A DNA stretch of 44,864 bases from Clostridia bacterium (GCA_036834245.1 DAITOE010000001.1:1-44864), one strand, 5' to 3'; positions 32,905 to 41,780 are shown, numbered from the stretch's first letter. The notes: generated by a model not told the origin, from the sequence alone. Numbers and translations: made by a program.

Positions 32905-34431
32905 ATGAGCGATTATATCATCCAGATGCTGAACATCACCAAGGATTTTCCGGGCATCCGGGCCAATGACAACATCACCCTGGAGTTGAAACGCGGCGAG
33001 ATCCACGCCCTGCTGGGGGAGAACGGCGCCGGGAAATCCACCCTGATGAGCATCCTCTTTGGCCTGTACCAGGCGGAGGAGGGGAAGATTCTGAAGGATG
33101 GCAGGGAGGTCCACGTGAAGGACCCCAACGATGCCAACGCCCTGGGCATCGGCATGGTGCACCAGCATTTCAAACTGGTGCACAATTTTACGGTGCTGGA
33201 AAACATCGTTTTGGGGGTGGAAACCACCAAAAGCGGGATGCTGCGGATGGAGGAGGCCCGGCAGAAGGTGATGGCCCTGTCCCAGCAGTACGGCCTGCTC
33301 ATCCAGCCCGATGCCCTGATTTCCGACATCACGGTGGGCATGCAGCAGCGGGTGGAAATCCTCAAGATGCTGTACCGGGACAACGAGATTTTGATCTTTG
33401 ACGAGCCCACGGCGGTGTTGACCCCCCAGGAGATCGAGGAACTGATGCGCATCATGCGCTCCCTGGCGGCGGAGGGCAAGTCCATCCTCTTCATCACCCA
33501 CAAGCTGGCGGAGATCATGGCGGTGGCGGACCGCTGCTCCGTGCTGCGCAAGGGCAAATACATCGGCACGGTCAACGTGAAGGACTCCAGCGCCCAGCAA
33601 CTGGCGGAGATGATGGTGGGCCGCAAGGTGGACTTCAAGGTGCAAAAGGACAAGGCACAGCCGGGGGCCTCCGCCCTAAGGGTGAAGGACCTGACGGTGG
33701 AAGGCCACGGCGGCAAGAAGGCGGTGAACAAGGTCTCCTTTGATGTCAGGAAGGGGGAGATTGTCTGCATCGCCGGGATTGATGGCAACGGCCAGAGCGA
33801 ACTGGTCTATGCCATCACGGGGCTGATGCCATCAGCCGGGGACATCCTGCTCAACGACGGCCACATCGACCACCATTCCATCCGCAAGCGCAACCAGGCA
33901 GGCCTGGCCCACATCCCGGAGGACCGGCACAAGCACGGCCTGGTGCTGGATTACGACCTGCAGCAGAACCTGTCCTTGAAGCGCTACACCACCGGGGAGA
34001 TGCAGCGCCACGGCTTCATCCGCTTTGACAGGGTGCGGGCGTATGCAGACAAACTGATTGCGCAGTTTGACATCCGCTCCGGCCAGGGGGCCGACACGGT
34101 GACCCGCAGCATGTCCGGCGGCAACCAGCAAAAGGCCATCATCGCACGGGAGATTGACATCAACCCCGAGGTGCTGGTGGCGGTGCAGCCCACCCGGGGC
34201 CTGGACGTGGGGGCGATGCTCTACATCCACGAGCAGCTGGTGCGGGTGCGGGACGAGGGCAAGGCGGTGCTGTTGATTTCCCTGGAACTGGACGAGGTCT
34301 TCCAGCTGGCGGACCGCATCCTGGTGATCTATGAAGGGGAGATTGTGGCGGAGCTCAATCCCACCGTCACCACCCCCCAGGAGCTGGGGCTTTACATGTC
34401 CGGCAGCAAGCGGCAGGAGGTGCACGCATGA
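32905..34431 (+). CDS. ABC transporter ATP-binding protein with two fused ABC domains (BMP/ribose-type importer)
   Basis: 508 aa. It has Walker A (GENGAGKST), a second P-loop (GIDGNGQSEL), and signatures VGMQQRVEI and SGGNQQK. Confidence 0.9.
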   Translation: MSDYIIQMLNITKDFPGIRANDNITLELKRGEIHALLGENGAGKSTLMSILFGLYQAEEGKILKDGREVHVKDPNDANALGIGMVHQHFKLVHNFTVLENIVLGVETTKSGMLRMEEARQKVMALSQQYGLLIQPDALISDITVGMQQRVEILKMLYRDNEILIFDEPTAVLTPQEIEELMRIMRSLAAEGKSILFITHKLAEIMAVADRCSVLRKGKYIGTVNVKDSSAQQLAEMMVGRKVDFKVQKDKAQPGASALRVKDLTVEGHGGKKAVNKVSFDVRKGEIVCIAGIDGNGQSELVYAITGLMPSAGDILLNDGHIDHHSIRKRNQAGLAHIPEDRHKHGLVLDYDLQQNLSLKRYTTGEMQRHGFIRFDRVRAYADKLIAQFDIRSGQGADTVTRSMSGGNQQKAIIAREIDINPEVLVAVQPTRGLDVGAMLYIHEQLVRVRDEGKAVLLISLELDEVFQLADRILVIYEGEIVAELNPTVTTPQELGLYMSGSKRQEVHA

Positions 34432-35561
34432 GCAAGATGAGAAAAGGCCTGTCCAGCATGTCCGCCTCCCTGGTGGCCATCCTGGCCGGGCTGATTGCAG
34501 GCTTTTTGATCCTGCTGCTGTCCAACCCCGCCAACGCGGTGCGGGGGCTCACCACCATATTGATTGGCGGCTGGAACAACGGCATGAAGGGCGTGGGCCA
34601 GGTGCTGTACTATGCCACCCCCATCATCATGACGGGGCTGGCGGTGGGCTTTGCCTTTAAGACAGGGATGTTCAACATCGGCGCCACGGGGCAGTTGATG
34701 GTGGGCGGCTTTGTGTCCATTTATGTGGGCGCCACCTGGACCTTCCTGCCAGGGGCCCTTCACTGGGTGGTGGCTCTGATCCTGGGTGCCATGGCGGGGA
34801 TGCTCTGGGGCATGATTGTGGGGGTGTTCAAGGCCCTGCTGAATGTCCACGAGGTGATCACCTCCATCATGCTCAACTACATCGCCCTGTACGGCATCAA
34901 CTACCTGATTAAAAACTCCCACCTGTATGATTCCCTGAAGAACCAGACGGTGAACGTGGCGGCCAACGCGGTGATCCCGAAGGCCGGGCTGGACCGCATC
35001 TTCTACATCATGAAGGGCCGGCTCAACGACCCCAGCTCGGTGAACGCGGGCATCCTGATCGCCATCGGCCTGGCCATCCTGATGTATATCCTGTTAAACA
35101 AAACCACCTTCGGTTTTGAACTCAAGGCCTGCGGCTACAACCGCCACGCCAGCCGCTATGCCGGCATCAGCGAGAACCGGGCCATCATCACCTCCATGGC
35201 CATCGCCGGCAGCCTGGCCGGCACGGCAGGCGCCCTGATGTACCTGGCCCCGGCCTCGGGCCTGCACATCCATGTGGAGGAGGTGCTGGTGGCCCAGGGC
35301 TTCACCGGCATCGCCGTGGCCCTTCTGGGCATGTCCAACCCCCTGGGGATCATCTTCTCAGGCCTCTTCATCGCCCACATCACCGTGGGGGGCTTTTACC
35401 TGCAGTCCCTCAAGTACATGAAGGAGATCATCGAGGTCATCATCGGCCTGATCATCTACTTCAGCGCCTTCTCCCTCCTGGTGCGGGACCTGATTGCAAA
35501 AGCAGGGAAGCGCCGGGCCAGGAAGGGCAGGCATCAAACAGAAACGGAGGCGGCGAACTGA
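34428..35561 (+). CDS. ABC transporter permease (BMP-type importer, first permease)
   Basis: 377 aa, multi-TM, with an ATGA overlap with the ATPase stop. It has a basic C-terminal tail. Confidence 0.85.
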   Translation: MSKMRKGLSSMSASLVAILAGLIAGFLILLLSNPANAVRGLTTILIGGWNNGMKGVGQVLYYATPIIMTGLAVGFAFKTGMFNIGATGQLMVGGFVSIYVGATWTFLPGALHWVVALILGAMAGMLWGMIVGVFKALLNVHEVITSIMLNYIALYGINYLIKNSHLYDSLKNQTVNVAANAVIPKAGLDRIFYIMKGRLNDPSSVNAGILIAIGLAILMYILLNKTTFGFELKACGYNRHASRYAGISENRAIITSMAIAGSLAGTAGALMYLAPASGLHIHVEEVLVAQGFTGIAVALLGMSNPLGIIFSGLFIAHITVGGFYLQSLKYMKEIIEVIIGLIIYFSAFSLLVRDLIAKAGKRRARKGRHQTETEAAN

Positions 35562-36520
35562 TGGACGCAATCTATTTCCTGGTTCAACAGATGATGTTCT
35601 TCTCCATCCCGCTGCTTATTGTGGCGCTGGGGGGCATGTATTCCGAGCGCTCAGGCGTGGTGAACATCGCCCTGGAGGGCATCATGGTGTCGGGGGCTTT
35701 CACCTCCATCCTCCTAATCAGCAACCTGCAGTCCGGCATGAGCGGCCAGGGCCTTTTATTGATTGCCATTGTGGTGGCGGTGGTGACGGGGGCGCTGTTT
35801 TCGCTGCTCCACGCCTATGCGGCCATCAGCCTGCGCTCGGACCAGACCATCTCCGGCACGGCGTTGAACATGATCGCCCCGGCCAGCGCCATCTACCTGG
35901 CCCGGATGATCCAGCCCAACGGCGTGCAGCAGGTGCAGTTCACCAACACCTTCCGGATTGAGAAGGTGCCCCTGTTGGGAGACATCCCGGTATTGGGCCG
36001 GCTGCTGTTTCAGAACGCCTACATCACCACCTATATCGGGCTCATCATCTTCGCCGCGGCCGCCATTGTGCTGTACCGCACCCGCTTCGGCCTGCGCCTG
36101 CGGGCCTGCGGCGAGCACCCCCAGGCGGCGGACAGCGTGGGCATCAACGTGTACAAGATCCGCTACGCCGGCGTGCTGATTTCCGGCGCCCTGGCGGGGC
36201 TGGGGGGGCTGGTGTACGTGATTCCCACCTCCACCAACTTCAACGCCACGGTGTCCGGCTACGGCTTCCTGGCGCTGGCGGTATTGATCTTCGGCCAGTG
36301 GAAGCCCCTGCGGATCCTGGGGGCGGCCTTTTTCTTCGGCCTGATGAAAACGGTGGCCTCCGCCTATTCCGGCATCCCCTTCCTAAGGGACCTGGGCATC
36401 CCCAGCGACATCTACAAGATGGTGCCCTTCATCGCCACCCTGATCGCCCTGGCCTTCACCAGCAAGCGCAGCCAGGCCCCCCGGGCCAGCGGCGTGCCCT
36501 ATGACAAGGGGCTGAGGTAA
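35561..36520 (+). CDS. ABC transporter permease (BMP-type importer, second permease)
   Basis: 319 aa, multi-TM, with a TGATG overlap with the upstream gene. Confidence 0.85.
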   Translation: MDAIYFLVQQMMFFSIPLLIVALGGMYSERSGVVNIALEGIMVSGAFTSILLISNLQSGMSGQGLLLIAIVVAVVTGALFSLLHAYAAISLRSDQTISGTALNMIAPASAIYLARMIQPNGVQQVQFTNTFRIEKVPLLGDIPVLGRLLFQNAYITTYIGLIIFAAAAIVLYRTRFGLRLRACGEHPQAADSVGINVYKIRYAGVLISGALAGLGGLVYVIPTSTNFNATVSGYGFLALAVLIFGQWKPLRILGAAFFFGLMKTVASAYSGIPFLRDLGIPSDIYKMVPFIATLIALAFTSKRSQAPRASGVPYDKGLR

Positions 36521-36523
36521 GCC

Positions 36524-37543
36524 ATGAAGGCCTTTCAGCCTGATTTCAACCAGCTGCTGACGGTGCTGGACCGGAAGGCGCCCAGCCGGCCAGTGCTGTT
36601 TGAATTGTTCATGAACTACCCCCTCTACGCCCGGGTGCTGGGGGAGGACTTCCGCCACACCAGCCGGCTGGAGGATTTGCGCTTTGTGGTGCGGGCATTT
36701 GAGAAGATGGGCTATGACTATGCCACGGCCCATGCCTCCTCCTTCCGTTTCGGGGTGGACCTGGTGAAGAAGGAGACCCGCTCCCTCAACGACAGCGCCG
36801 GCATCCACGACGAGGAGAGTTTCCTGGCCTATCCCTGGCCGGACCCGGAGGATTACAGCTGCGAGGTGCTGACAGACATCAAGCCCGATTTGCCTGACGG
36901 GATGCAGCTGATGCTGATGGGCCCCGGGGGCGTGCTGGAAAACGTGATTGAGCTGGTGGGCTACGAGCCCCTGTGCCTGATGGTGTATGACGAACCGGAG
37001 CTGGCCCAGCAGATTTTTGACGCCGTGGGCTCCCGGCTGCTGCGGTATTACGAACTGGCCCTGGAGCACGACAGCGTGGGCCTGGTGTCTTCCAATGACG
37101 ACTGGGGCTTCAACATGCAGCCCTTCTTAAGCCCTGAGATGATGCGGCAGTACGTCTTCCCCTGGCACCAGAAAATCGTGCAAGCGGTCCATGCGGCCGG
37201 GCGCAGGGTGTTCCTGCACTCCTGCGGCAACCTGCGCAGCGTGATGGCGGACGTCATCGGGATGGGCTATGACGCCAAGCACTCCTTTGAGGACAAGATC
37301 CAGCCCATTGAGGAGGCCTACGAGGAATATGGCGCCCGGATCGCCCTGCTGGGGGGCATCGACGTGGACTACCTGTGCAGCCACAGCCCGGAGGACATCT
37401 ACCGCCGCACCATGAAGATGCTGGAGCGCACGGCGGACCGGGGCGGCTGGGCGGTGGGCAGCGGCAACAGCATCCCGGAATACATCCCCCATGACGCCCT
37501 GTTTGCTATGCAAAAAGCGGCCCGGGACTTCGTGCGCTCATAG
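36524..37543 (+). CDS. Uroporphyrinogen-decarboxylase (URO-D) superfamily protein, function unknown
   Basis: 339 aa, starting 3 nt after the permease stop. The overall pattern (PSRPVLFELFMN..., DDWGFNMQPFLSPEMMRQYVFPWHQKIV, HSCGNL, GGWAVGSGNSIPEYIP) resembles clostridial URO-D/MtaA-like family proteins. The family call is from memory. Confidence 0.55.
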   Translation: MKAFQPDFNQLLTVLDRKAPSRPVLFELFMNYPLYARVLGEDFRHTSRLEDLRFVVRAFEKMGYDYATAHASSFRFGVDLVKKETRSLNDSAGIHDEESFLAYPWPDPEDYSCEVLTDIKPDLPDGMQLMLMGPGGVLENVIELVGYEPLCLMVYDEPELAQQIFDAVGSRLLRYYELALEHDSVGLVSSNDDWGFNMQPFLSPEMMRQYVFPWHQKIVQAVHAAGRRVFLHSCGNLRSVMADVIGMGYDAKHSFEDKIQPIEEAYEEYGARIALLGGIDVDYLCSHSPEDIYRRTMKMLERTADRGGWAVGSGNSIPEYIPHDALFAMQKAARDFVRS

Positions 37544-37590
37544 CGCACGCCATCGGAGGCCGCAACTAACTCTTCAATAAACTCAAATAC

Positions 37591-37654
37591 TAAAGTTTTT
37601 TGGTCCTACCTTTTTTTCAAAAAAGGTAGGCGTTCTTTAATCCCGTCTACCGTC
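37591..37654 (-). repeat. Intergenic repeat family A, copy 2 (oriented with the P-type ATPase gene)
   Basis: The reverse complement reads TAG-GACGGTAGACGGGATTAAAGAACG-CCTACCTTTTTTGAAAAAAAGGTAGG-ACCAAAAAACTTTAG. The hairpin is at 37605-37630. It lies between convergent genes. Confidence 0.85.
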
Positions 37655-39526
37655 CTACACCCCGGGCAGGGCGCAGGCCTGGCAGCCGGGGGGCACCCGG
37701 AGGGCGCGCATGGCATTGAGGATGGCCAGGACGGCGACCCCGACGTCGGCAAAGACGGCCATCCAGAGGGTGGACAGACCCAGGGTGGAGAGGATGAGGA
37801 CCAGGACCTTGACGCCGATGGCGAAGGCGGCGTTTTGCTTGGCGATCCGGAGGGTCTTGCGGGAGATGGTGAGGGCGGCGGCCATTTTGCAGGGGTCGTC
37901 ATTCATGATGACGATGTCCGCGGCCTCGATGGCGGCGTCGGAGCCCAGGGCGCCCATGGCAAAGCCCACATCGGCCCGGGCCAGGACGGGGGCGTCGTTG
38001 ACGCCGTCCCCGGCGAAAACCAGCTTGCCCTTTCTGCCGGGGGCCTCCAGCAGCTCTTCTACTTTGAGCACCTTGTCCTGGGGCAGCAGGCCGGTGTGGA
38101 CCACGTCGATGTCCAATTCAGCGGCCACCTGGCCAGCGCTTCTGGCATTGTCCCCGGTGAGCATCACCAACTGGCGGATGCCCTGCTGCTTGAGGCGGGC
38201 CAGGGCCTCCCTGGCGCAGGGCTTCACGGTGTCCTCCACGGTGATAAAGCCGATGTAGGCGCCGTCACGGGCTACATGGCTGACGGTGCCGCTGTGGTCT
38301 GATTCCGGCAGGGGGATGCCGTGGGCGGCCATGAGGCGGGGGTTGCCCAGCAGCACGGTGTGCCCGTTGACGCGGGCTTTGACGCCGCCGCCGGGCATCT
38401 CTTCCACATCGGTTACCAGGCTGGCGTCCAGCTCCCGGCCGTGGGCGGCCCTGATGGCGGCGCCGATGGGGTGGAGGGAGTGGATCTCCGCGTGGGCGGC
38501 CAGGCGCAGCAGCTCGGCCTCGGTGACGCCTAGGGGCTGAAGGTCGGTCACGGTGAAGCTGCCCCGGGTGAGGGTGCCGGTTTTGTCAAAGACAAAGGTG
38601 TCCGCCTGGGCCAGGGCCTCCAGGTAGTTGGAGCCCTTCACCAGGATGCCGGCCCGGGAGGCGCCGCCGATGCCGCCGAAAAAGGCCAGGGGGATGGAGA
38701 TCACCAGGGCACAGGGGCAGGACACCACCAGGAAGTTGAGGGCCCGGTACACCCAGTCGGACAGCTGGGCGCCGGGGATGAAGAGGGGCGGGACAAAGGC
38801 CAGCAGCAGGGCCAGGATCACCACCACCGGGGTGTAAACGGCGGAAAACCGGGTGATGAAGGCTTCCTGGCGGGATTTTTTGTCGGTGGCGTTTTCCACC
38901 ATCTCCAGGATGCGGCTGACGGTGGACTGGTGGAAGGGCTTGGTAACCTGCACGGTGAGGACCCCGGTGAGGTTGACGCAGCCGGAGAGGACCTCATCCC
39001 CGGTGTTCACCTCCCGGGGCAGGGACTCCCCGGTGAGGGCGGCGGTGTCCAGCTGGCTGGTGCCGGAGACGACGATGCCGTCCAGGGGCAGGCGCTCCCC
39101 GGGGCGCAGCAGGATGCGGCTGCCAACGGGCACTTCTTCGGGGTCCACCAACAGGGTGTCCCCGGCTTCGGTGAGCAGGTTCGCGCTGTCAGGCCGCAGG
39201 TCCATGGCGCCGGCGATGGAACGGCGGGACTTGTCCAGGGCGTGGTGCTCAAACATCTCCCCGGTCTGGAAAAAGACCATCACGGCCACGGCCTCGGCGT
39301 ATTCCCCGATGACGATGGCACCGATGGTGGCCAGGGACATGAGGAAGTTCTCGTCAAAGACCTGGCCCCGGAGGATGCCCTGGAGGGCGCCCCACAGGAC
39401 GTCATAGCCGGCGATGAAGTAACTGAGGAGGAACAGGGGGATGGCCACGGCCGAGCTGGCGCGGAACAACAGCCCTGCAATCAGTAAAAGCAGGGCTGCG
39501 GGGATGCGGTAGATTCGTTTTGTCAT
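37655..39526 (-). CDS. Heavy-metal translocating P1B-type ATPase (Cd/Zn/Co-type, CadA-like) lacking an N-terminal metal-binding domain
   Basis: 623 aa. It has the CPC motif (VSCPCALVISIP), DKTGTLT, MLTGDN and GDGVNDAPVLA. Confidence 0.9.
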   Translation of the reverse strand: MTKRIYRIPAALLLLIAGLLFRASSAVAIPLFLLSYFIAGYDVLWGALQGILRGQVFDENFLMSLATIGAIVIGEYAEAVAVMVFFQTGEMFEHHALDKSRRSIAGAMDLRPDSANLLTEAGDTLLVDPEEVPVGSRILLRPGERLPLDGIVVSGTSQLDTAALTGESLPREVNTGDEVLSGCVNLTGVLTVQVTKPFHQSTVSRILEMVENATDKKSRQEAFITRFSAVYTPVVVILALLLAFVPPLFIPGAQLSDWVYRALNFLVVSCPCALVISIPLAFFGGIGGASRAGILVKGSNYLEALAQADTFVFDKTGTLTRGSFTVTDLQPLGVTEAELLRLAAHAEIHSLHPIGAAIRAAHGRELDASLVTDVEEMPGGGVKARVNGHTVLLGNPRLMAAHGIPLPESDHSGTVSHVARDGAYIGFITVEDTVKPCAREALARLKQQGIRQLVMLTGDNARSAGQVAAELDIDVVHTGLLPQDKVLKVEELLEAPGRKGKLVFAGDGVNDAPVLARADVGFAMGALGSDAAIEAADIVIMNDDPCKMAAALTISRKTLRIAKQNAAFAIGVKVLVLILSTLGLSTLWMAVFADVGVAVLAILNAMRALRVPPGCQACALPGV

Positions 39527-39593
39527 GTCGGTACTTTCTTAATCATCACGAGTCATTCTGCAAGCATGCAATGCACTCTGTGGCTTTGCACAA

Positions 39594-39686
39594 AGATAAA
39601 TATTGGGGTCCGGGGCCAATGGCCCCGGGCTGGGGGCCAGGGGGATGCAGTCCCCCTGCGTACCCTTTGGTCTTTCCTCCCCGTCC
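39594..39686 (-). repeat. Intergenic repeat family B, copy 3 (between the HMA gene and the ATPase gene)
   Basis: The reverse complement reads TAG-GGACGGGGAGGAAAGACC...CAGGGGGACTGCATCCCCCTGGCCCCCAGCCCGGGGCCATTGGCCCCGGACCCCAATATTTATCT. It begins at the stop codon at 39687-39689. Confidence 0.85.
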
Positions 39687-39914
39687 CTATCTGGCGGTCA
39701 CCACGAGGCGGGCCTGGGGCTCGATGGTTTTGATGATGTCGCCGGCCTGTTTGAGGATGCTGTCCACCTGGGCGTCATCGGCTTCCAGGGTGAGGCGCTG
39801 GGTTAAGAAATTGACCCGGGCGCTGCTGACGCCGCGCAGGGCGCAGATTTTCCGTTCCATCTTGGCGGCGCAGCTGGCGCAGCCCAGGTTCTTGATCTTG
39901 TAGGCACAGGTCAT
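39687..39914 (-). CDS. Heavy-metal-associated (HMA) domain protein, CopZ/CadA-N-terminus-like
   Basis: It contains MTCAYKIKNLGCASCAAKMERKICALRGVSSARVNFLTQRLTLEADD with the GCxxC metal-binding motif. The ATG at 39914 is 8 nt after AGGAGG. An alternative ATG is at 39920. Confidence 0.8.
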   Translation of the reverse strand: MTCAYKIKNLGCASCAAKMERKICALRGVSSARVNFLTQRLTLEADDAQVDSILKQAGDIIKTIEPQARLVVTAR

Positions 39915-39933
39915 GGGCATTCCCTCCTGACAC

Positions 39934-39949
39934 TTGAATGTTCGTTCAA
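39934..39949. promoter_or_regulatory. Candidate ArsR/SmtB-type operator (TTGAATGTTCGTTCAA, imperfect palindrome)
   Basis: 12 of 16 positions are self-complementary, with TTGAA/TTCAA arms. It sits immediately upstream of the HMA gene RBS in the divergent intergenic region. A second TTGAACA half-site lies about 25 nt away. Confidence 0.3.
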
Positions 39950-40096
39950 CCATCGCCAGTATACTTGAACACCCGCTCAATTGTCAACAGGAAACCAGGT
40001 GGTTTTTCCGGCGCTTTACAGGGCCGTAAAAAACGTTTAAGATTGTGTCAGCGAGCATGCATATCCGGGTGTGAACCGGGAGAAAGGAAGAGGGCT

Positions 40097-40759
40097 TTGA
40101 GAAGGTTTATCTGTATGGTCTGCGGCTATGAATATGACGAGGCGGCGGGGGACAAAAGCCAGGGGATTGCGCCGGGCACCAAATGGGAGGACCTGCCGGA
40201 GGGCTGGGTATGCCCCATCTGCGGCGCGGACAAGACCTTGTTTGAACTGGCGGGCGGTGAGCAGGTGCAGGCTGCAAGGCCTGCGGCCGGTGCCCGCGCG
40301 CCTGAACAGAAGAAGGGGATGAGCGCCCTGGAGCAGGCCATCCTGTGCAGCAACCTGGCAAAGGCGGGGGACAAGCAGCACAACGCGCCCCTGGCCAGCC
40401 TGTTTGACCGCCTGGCCCAGTATTTTGAGGCAGCCAGCGTGCCCGAGGGGGATTTGGAAGGGGCTTCTAAGCTGGTGAACGAGGACATCGCCAGCCGCTA
40501 TGTGGCGGCCTTCAACACCGGGCGGGAGATCGGGGACCGGGGGGCGCTGCGGGCTTTGACCTGGGGGGAGAAGGTGACCAAGATCCAGGCCAACCTGCTG
40601 GGGCGCTATTTGAAGGAAGGGGACGCAGCCTTTGAATCAAGCAAGCTCTTTGTGTGTGAGGCCTGCGGCTTTATCTATGCGGGTGCGGAGGCGCCGGAGA
40701 TCTGCCCGGTGTGCAAGGTGCCCCGCTTCAAGTTCAACAAGGTGAAAAGGGGGGCATGA
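40097..40759 (+). CDS. Rubredoxin-domain fusion protein: N-terminal rubredoxin + helical middle domain without di-iron ligands + C-terminal rubrerythrin-type CxxC..CxxC knuckle
   Basis: The N-terminus is [15 protein letters not shown]...[10 protein letters not shown] and the C-terminus is [30 protein letters not shown] prefer the TTG start at 40097 (GAAAGGAAGAGG upstream) so that the first Cys knuckle is complete. The ATG at 40115 is the alternative. Confidence 0.65.
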   Translation: MRRFICMVCGYEYDEAAGDKSQGIAPGTKWEDLPEGWVCPICGADKTLFELAGGEQVQAARPAAGARAPEQKKGMSALEQAILCSNLAKAGDKQHNAPLASLFDRLAQYFEAASVPEGDLEGASKLVNEDIASRYVAAFNTGREIGDRGALRALTWGEKVTKIQANLLGRYLKEGDAAFESSKLFVCEACGFIYAGAEAPEICPVCKVPRFKFNKVKRGA

Positions 40760-40760
40760 C

Positions 40761-41249
40761 ATGAAAGCTGTACGCAACATCCGCCTGTGCACCAAGGACT
40801 GCCTGTGCTTGTTTGTGTGCCCGACGGGGGCCACCAATACGGACGACGGCCAGATTGATGCCAGCCGCTGCCTGGACGCCTGCCGGGCCTGTGTGGACGC
40901 CTGCCCTTCCGGGGCCATCTCCAAGGTGCCTTTCAACTTCCCGCCCCAGCAGCCAAAAGAGGAAGCGGTGGTGCAGGCGCTGCGGGCGCTGTTCCACAGC
41001 AAGGCCCGCCAGGAGGCGGCCATGGACGCGGTGCTGGCGGATAATGAGGCCAGCTCTGTGAAAAAGCAATTGGCCCGGGCGCTGAAGGCATCCATCCGCA
41101 TCGTGGCGGAGGACATGCTGCGGGAAAGCGGCTATATGCTGCCCCAGGGGGCTCCTGCAAAGGCGTACCTCAAGGGCCTGCTGGAGAGCGCGCAGGGCCC
41201 GGGCTTCCCCCGGGATGCGGTGGAAGAGCTGCTGGAGATGCTAAAATAA
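40761..41249 (+). CDS. 4Fe-4S dicluster-domain protein with helical C-terminal extension
   Basis: Two Cys clusters are present, CTKDCLCLFVCP and CLDACRACVDACP. It starts 1 nt after the upstream stop. Confidence 0.7.
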   Translation: MKAVRNIRLCTKDCLCLFVCPTGATNTDDGQIDASRCLDACRACVDACPSGAISKVPFNFPPQQPKEEAVVQALRALFHSKARQEAAMDAVLADNEASSVKKQLARALKASIRIVAEDMLRESGYMLPQGAPAKAYLKGLLESAQGPGFPRDAVEELLEMLK

Positions 41250-41266
41250 CAAAAGGGCGCACACAA

Positions 41267-41302
41267 AACCCGGGCTGCAGCTAATGAGTTACAGCCCGGG
41301 TT
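41267..41302 (+). terminator. Intrinsic terminator after the 4Fe-4S gene (AACCCGGGCTG ... CAGCCCGGGTT + TTTTT)
   Basis: An 11-bp perfect stem with a 14-nt loop, followed by a run of T, 18 nt after the stop. Confidence 0.7.
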
Positions 41303-41344
41303 TTTTTATATTGACCCCATGTGACAACCAATCCAGAAAACAGC

Positions 41345-41417
41345 CCTATTAAAGTTTTTTGCGCACTTTTTTTCAAAAAAGTGCCGTTTTCTCCGTTCCC
41401 ATCCCCGTTTTCCGTCC
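41345..41417 (-). repeat. Intergenic repeat family A, copy 3 (oriented with the ArsR-family gene)
   Basis: The reverse complement reads TAA-GGACGGAAAACGGGGATGGGAACGGAGAAAACG-GCACTTTTTTGAAAAAAAGTGC-GCAAAAAACTTTAATAGGGCTG. The T6-G-A7 core is conserved, and the stem base is changed from CCTACC/GGTAGG to GCAC/GTGC (compensatory). Confidence 0.8.
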
Positions 41418-41780
41418 TTACACCATCTCCTCCATGGCGTGCTCGACGCAGCCGGTGAGCATCTGGCTGACGTGCTCATCGGCCAGGGAATAGAAGATGT
41501 TTTTGCCGTCCCGGCGGGATTTGACCAGTTTGTTGTCCCGGAGGCGTGCCAGCTGGTGGCTGACGGCGGAGACGCTCATGCCCAGGAGGTTGGCCAGGTC
41601 GCAGACGCACAGCTCGTGCTTGTCCAGGGCGAAGAGGATGCGGAAGCGGGTGTTATCGCCCATGACCTTGAAGAAGTTGGCGGAGGCGGAGAAGAGGCTG
41701 TCGCTGAGCATCAGGGCGTGGACGGCCTGGACGGCCTCCTCGTGGACCAGGGTGCCCTCGCAGATATAGCGCTTTTCCAT
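41418..41780 (-). CDS. ArsR/SmtB-family metalloregulator (CadC-like)
   Basis: The start MEKRYICEG at 41780 follows AAGGAGG. The HTH is ELCVCDLANLLGMSVSAVSHQLARLRDNKLV, with the CVC metal-sensing motif. Confidence 0.85.
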   Translation of the reverse strand: MEKRYICEGTLVHEEAVQAVHALMLSDSLFSASANFFKVMGDNTRFRILFALDKHELCVCDLANLLGMSVSAVSHQLARLRDNKLVKSRRDGKNIFYSLADEHVSQMLTGCVEHAMEEMV

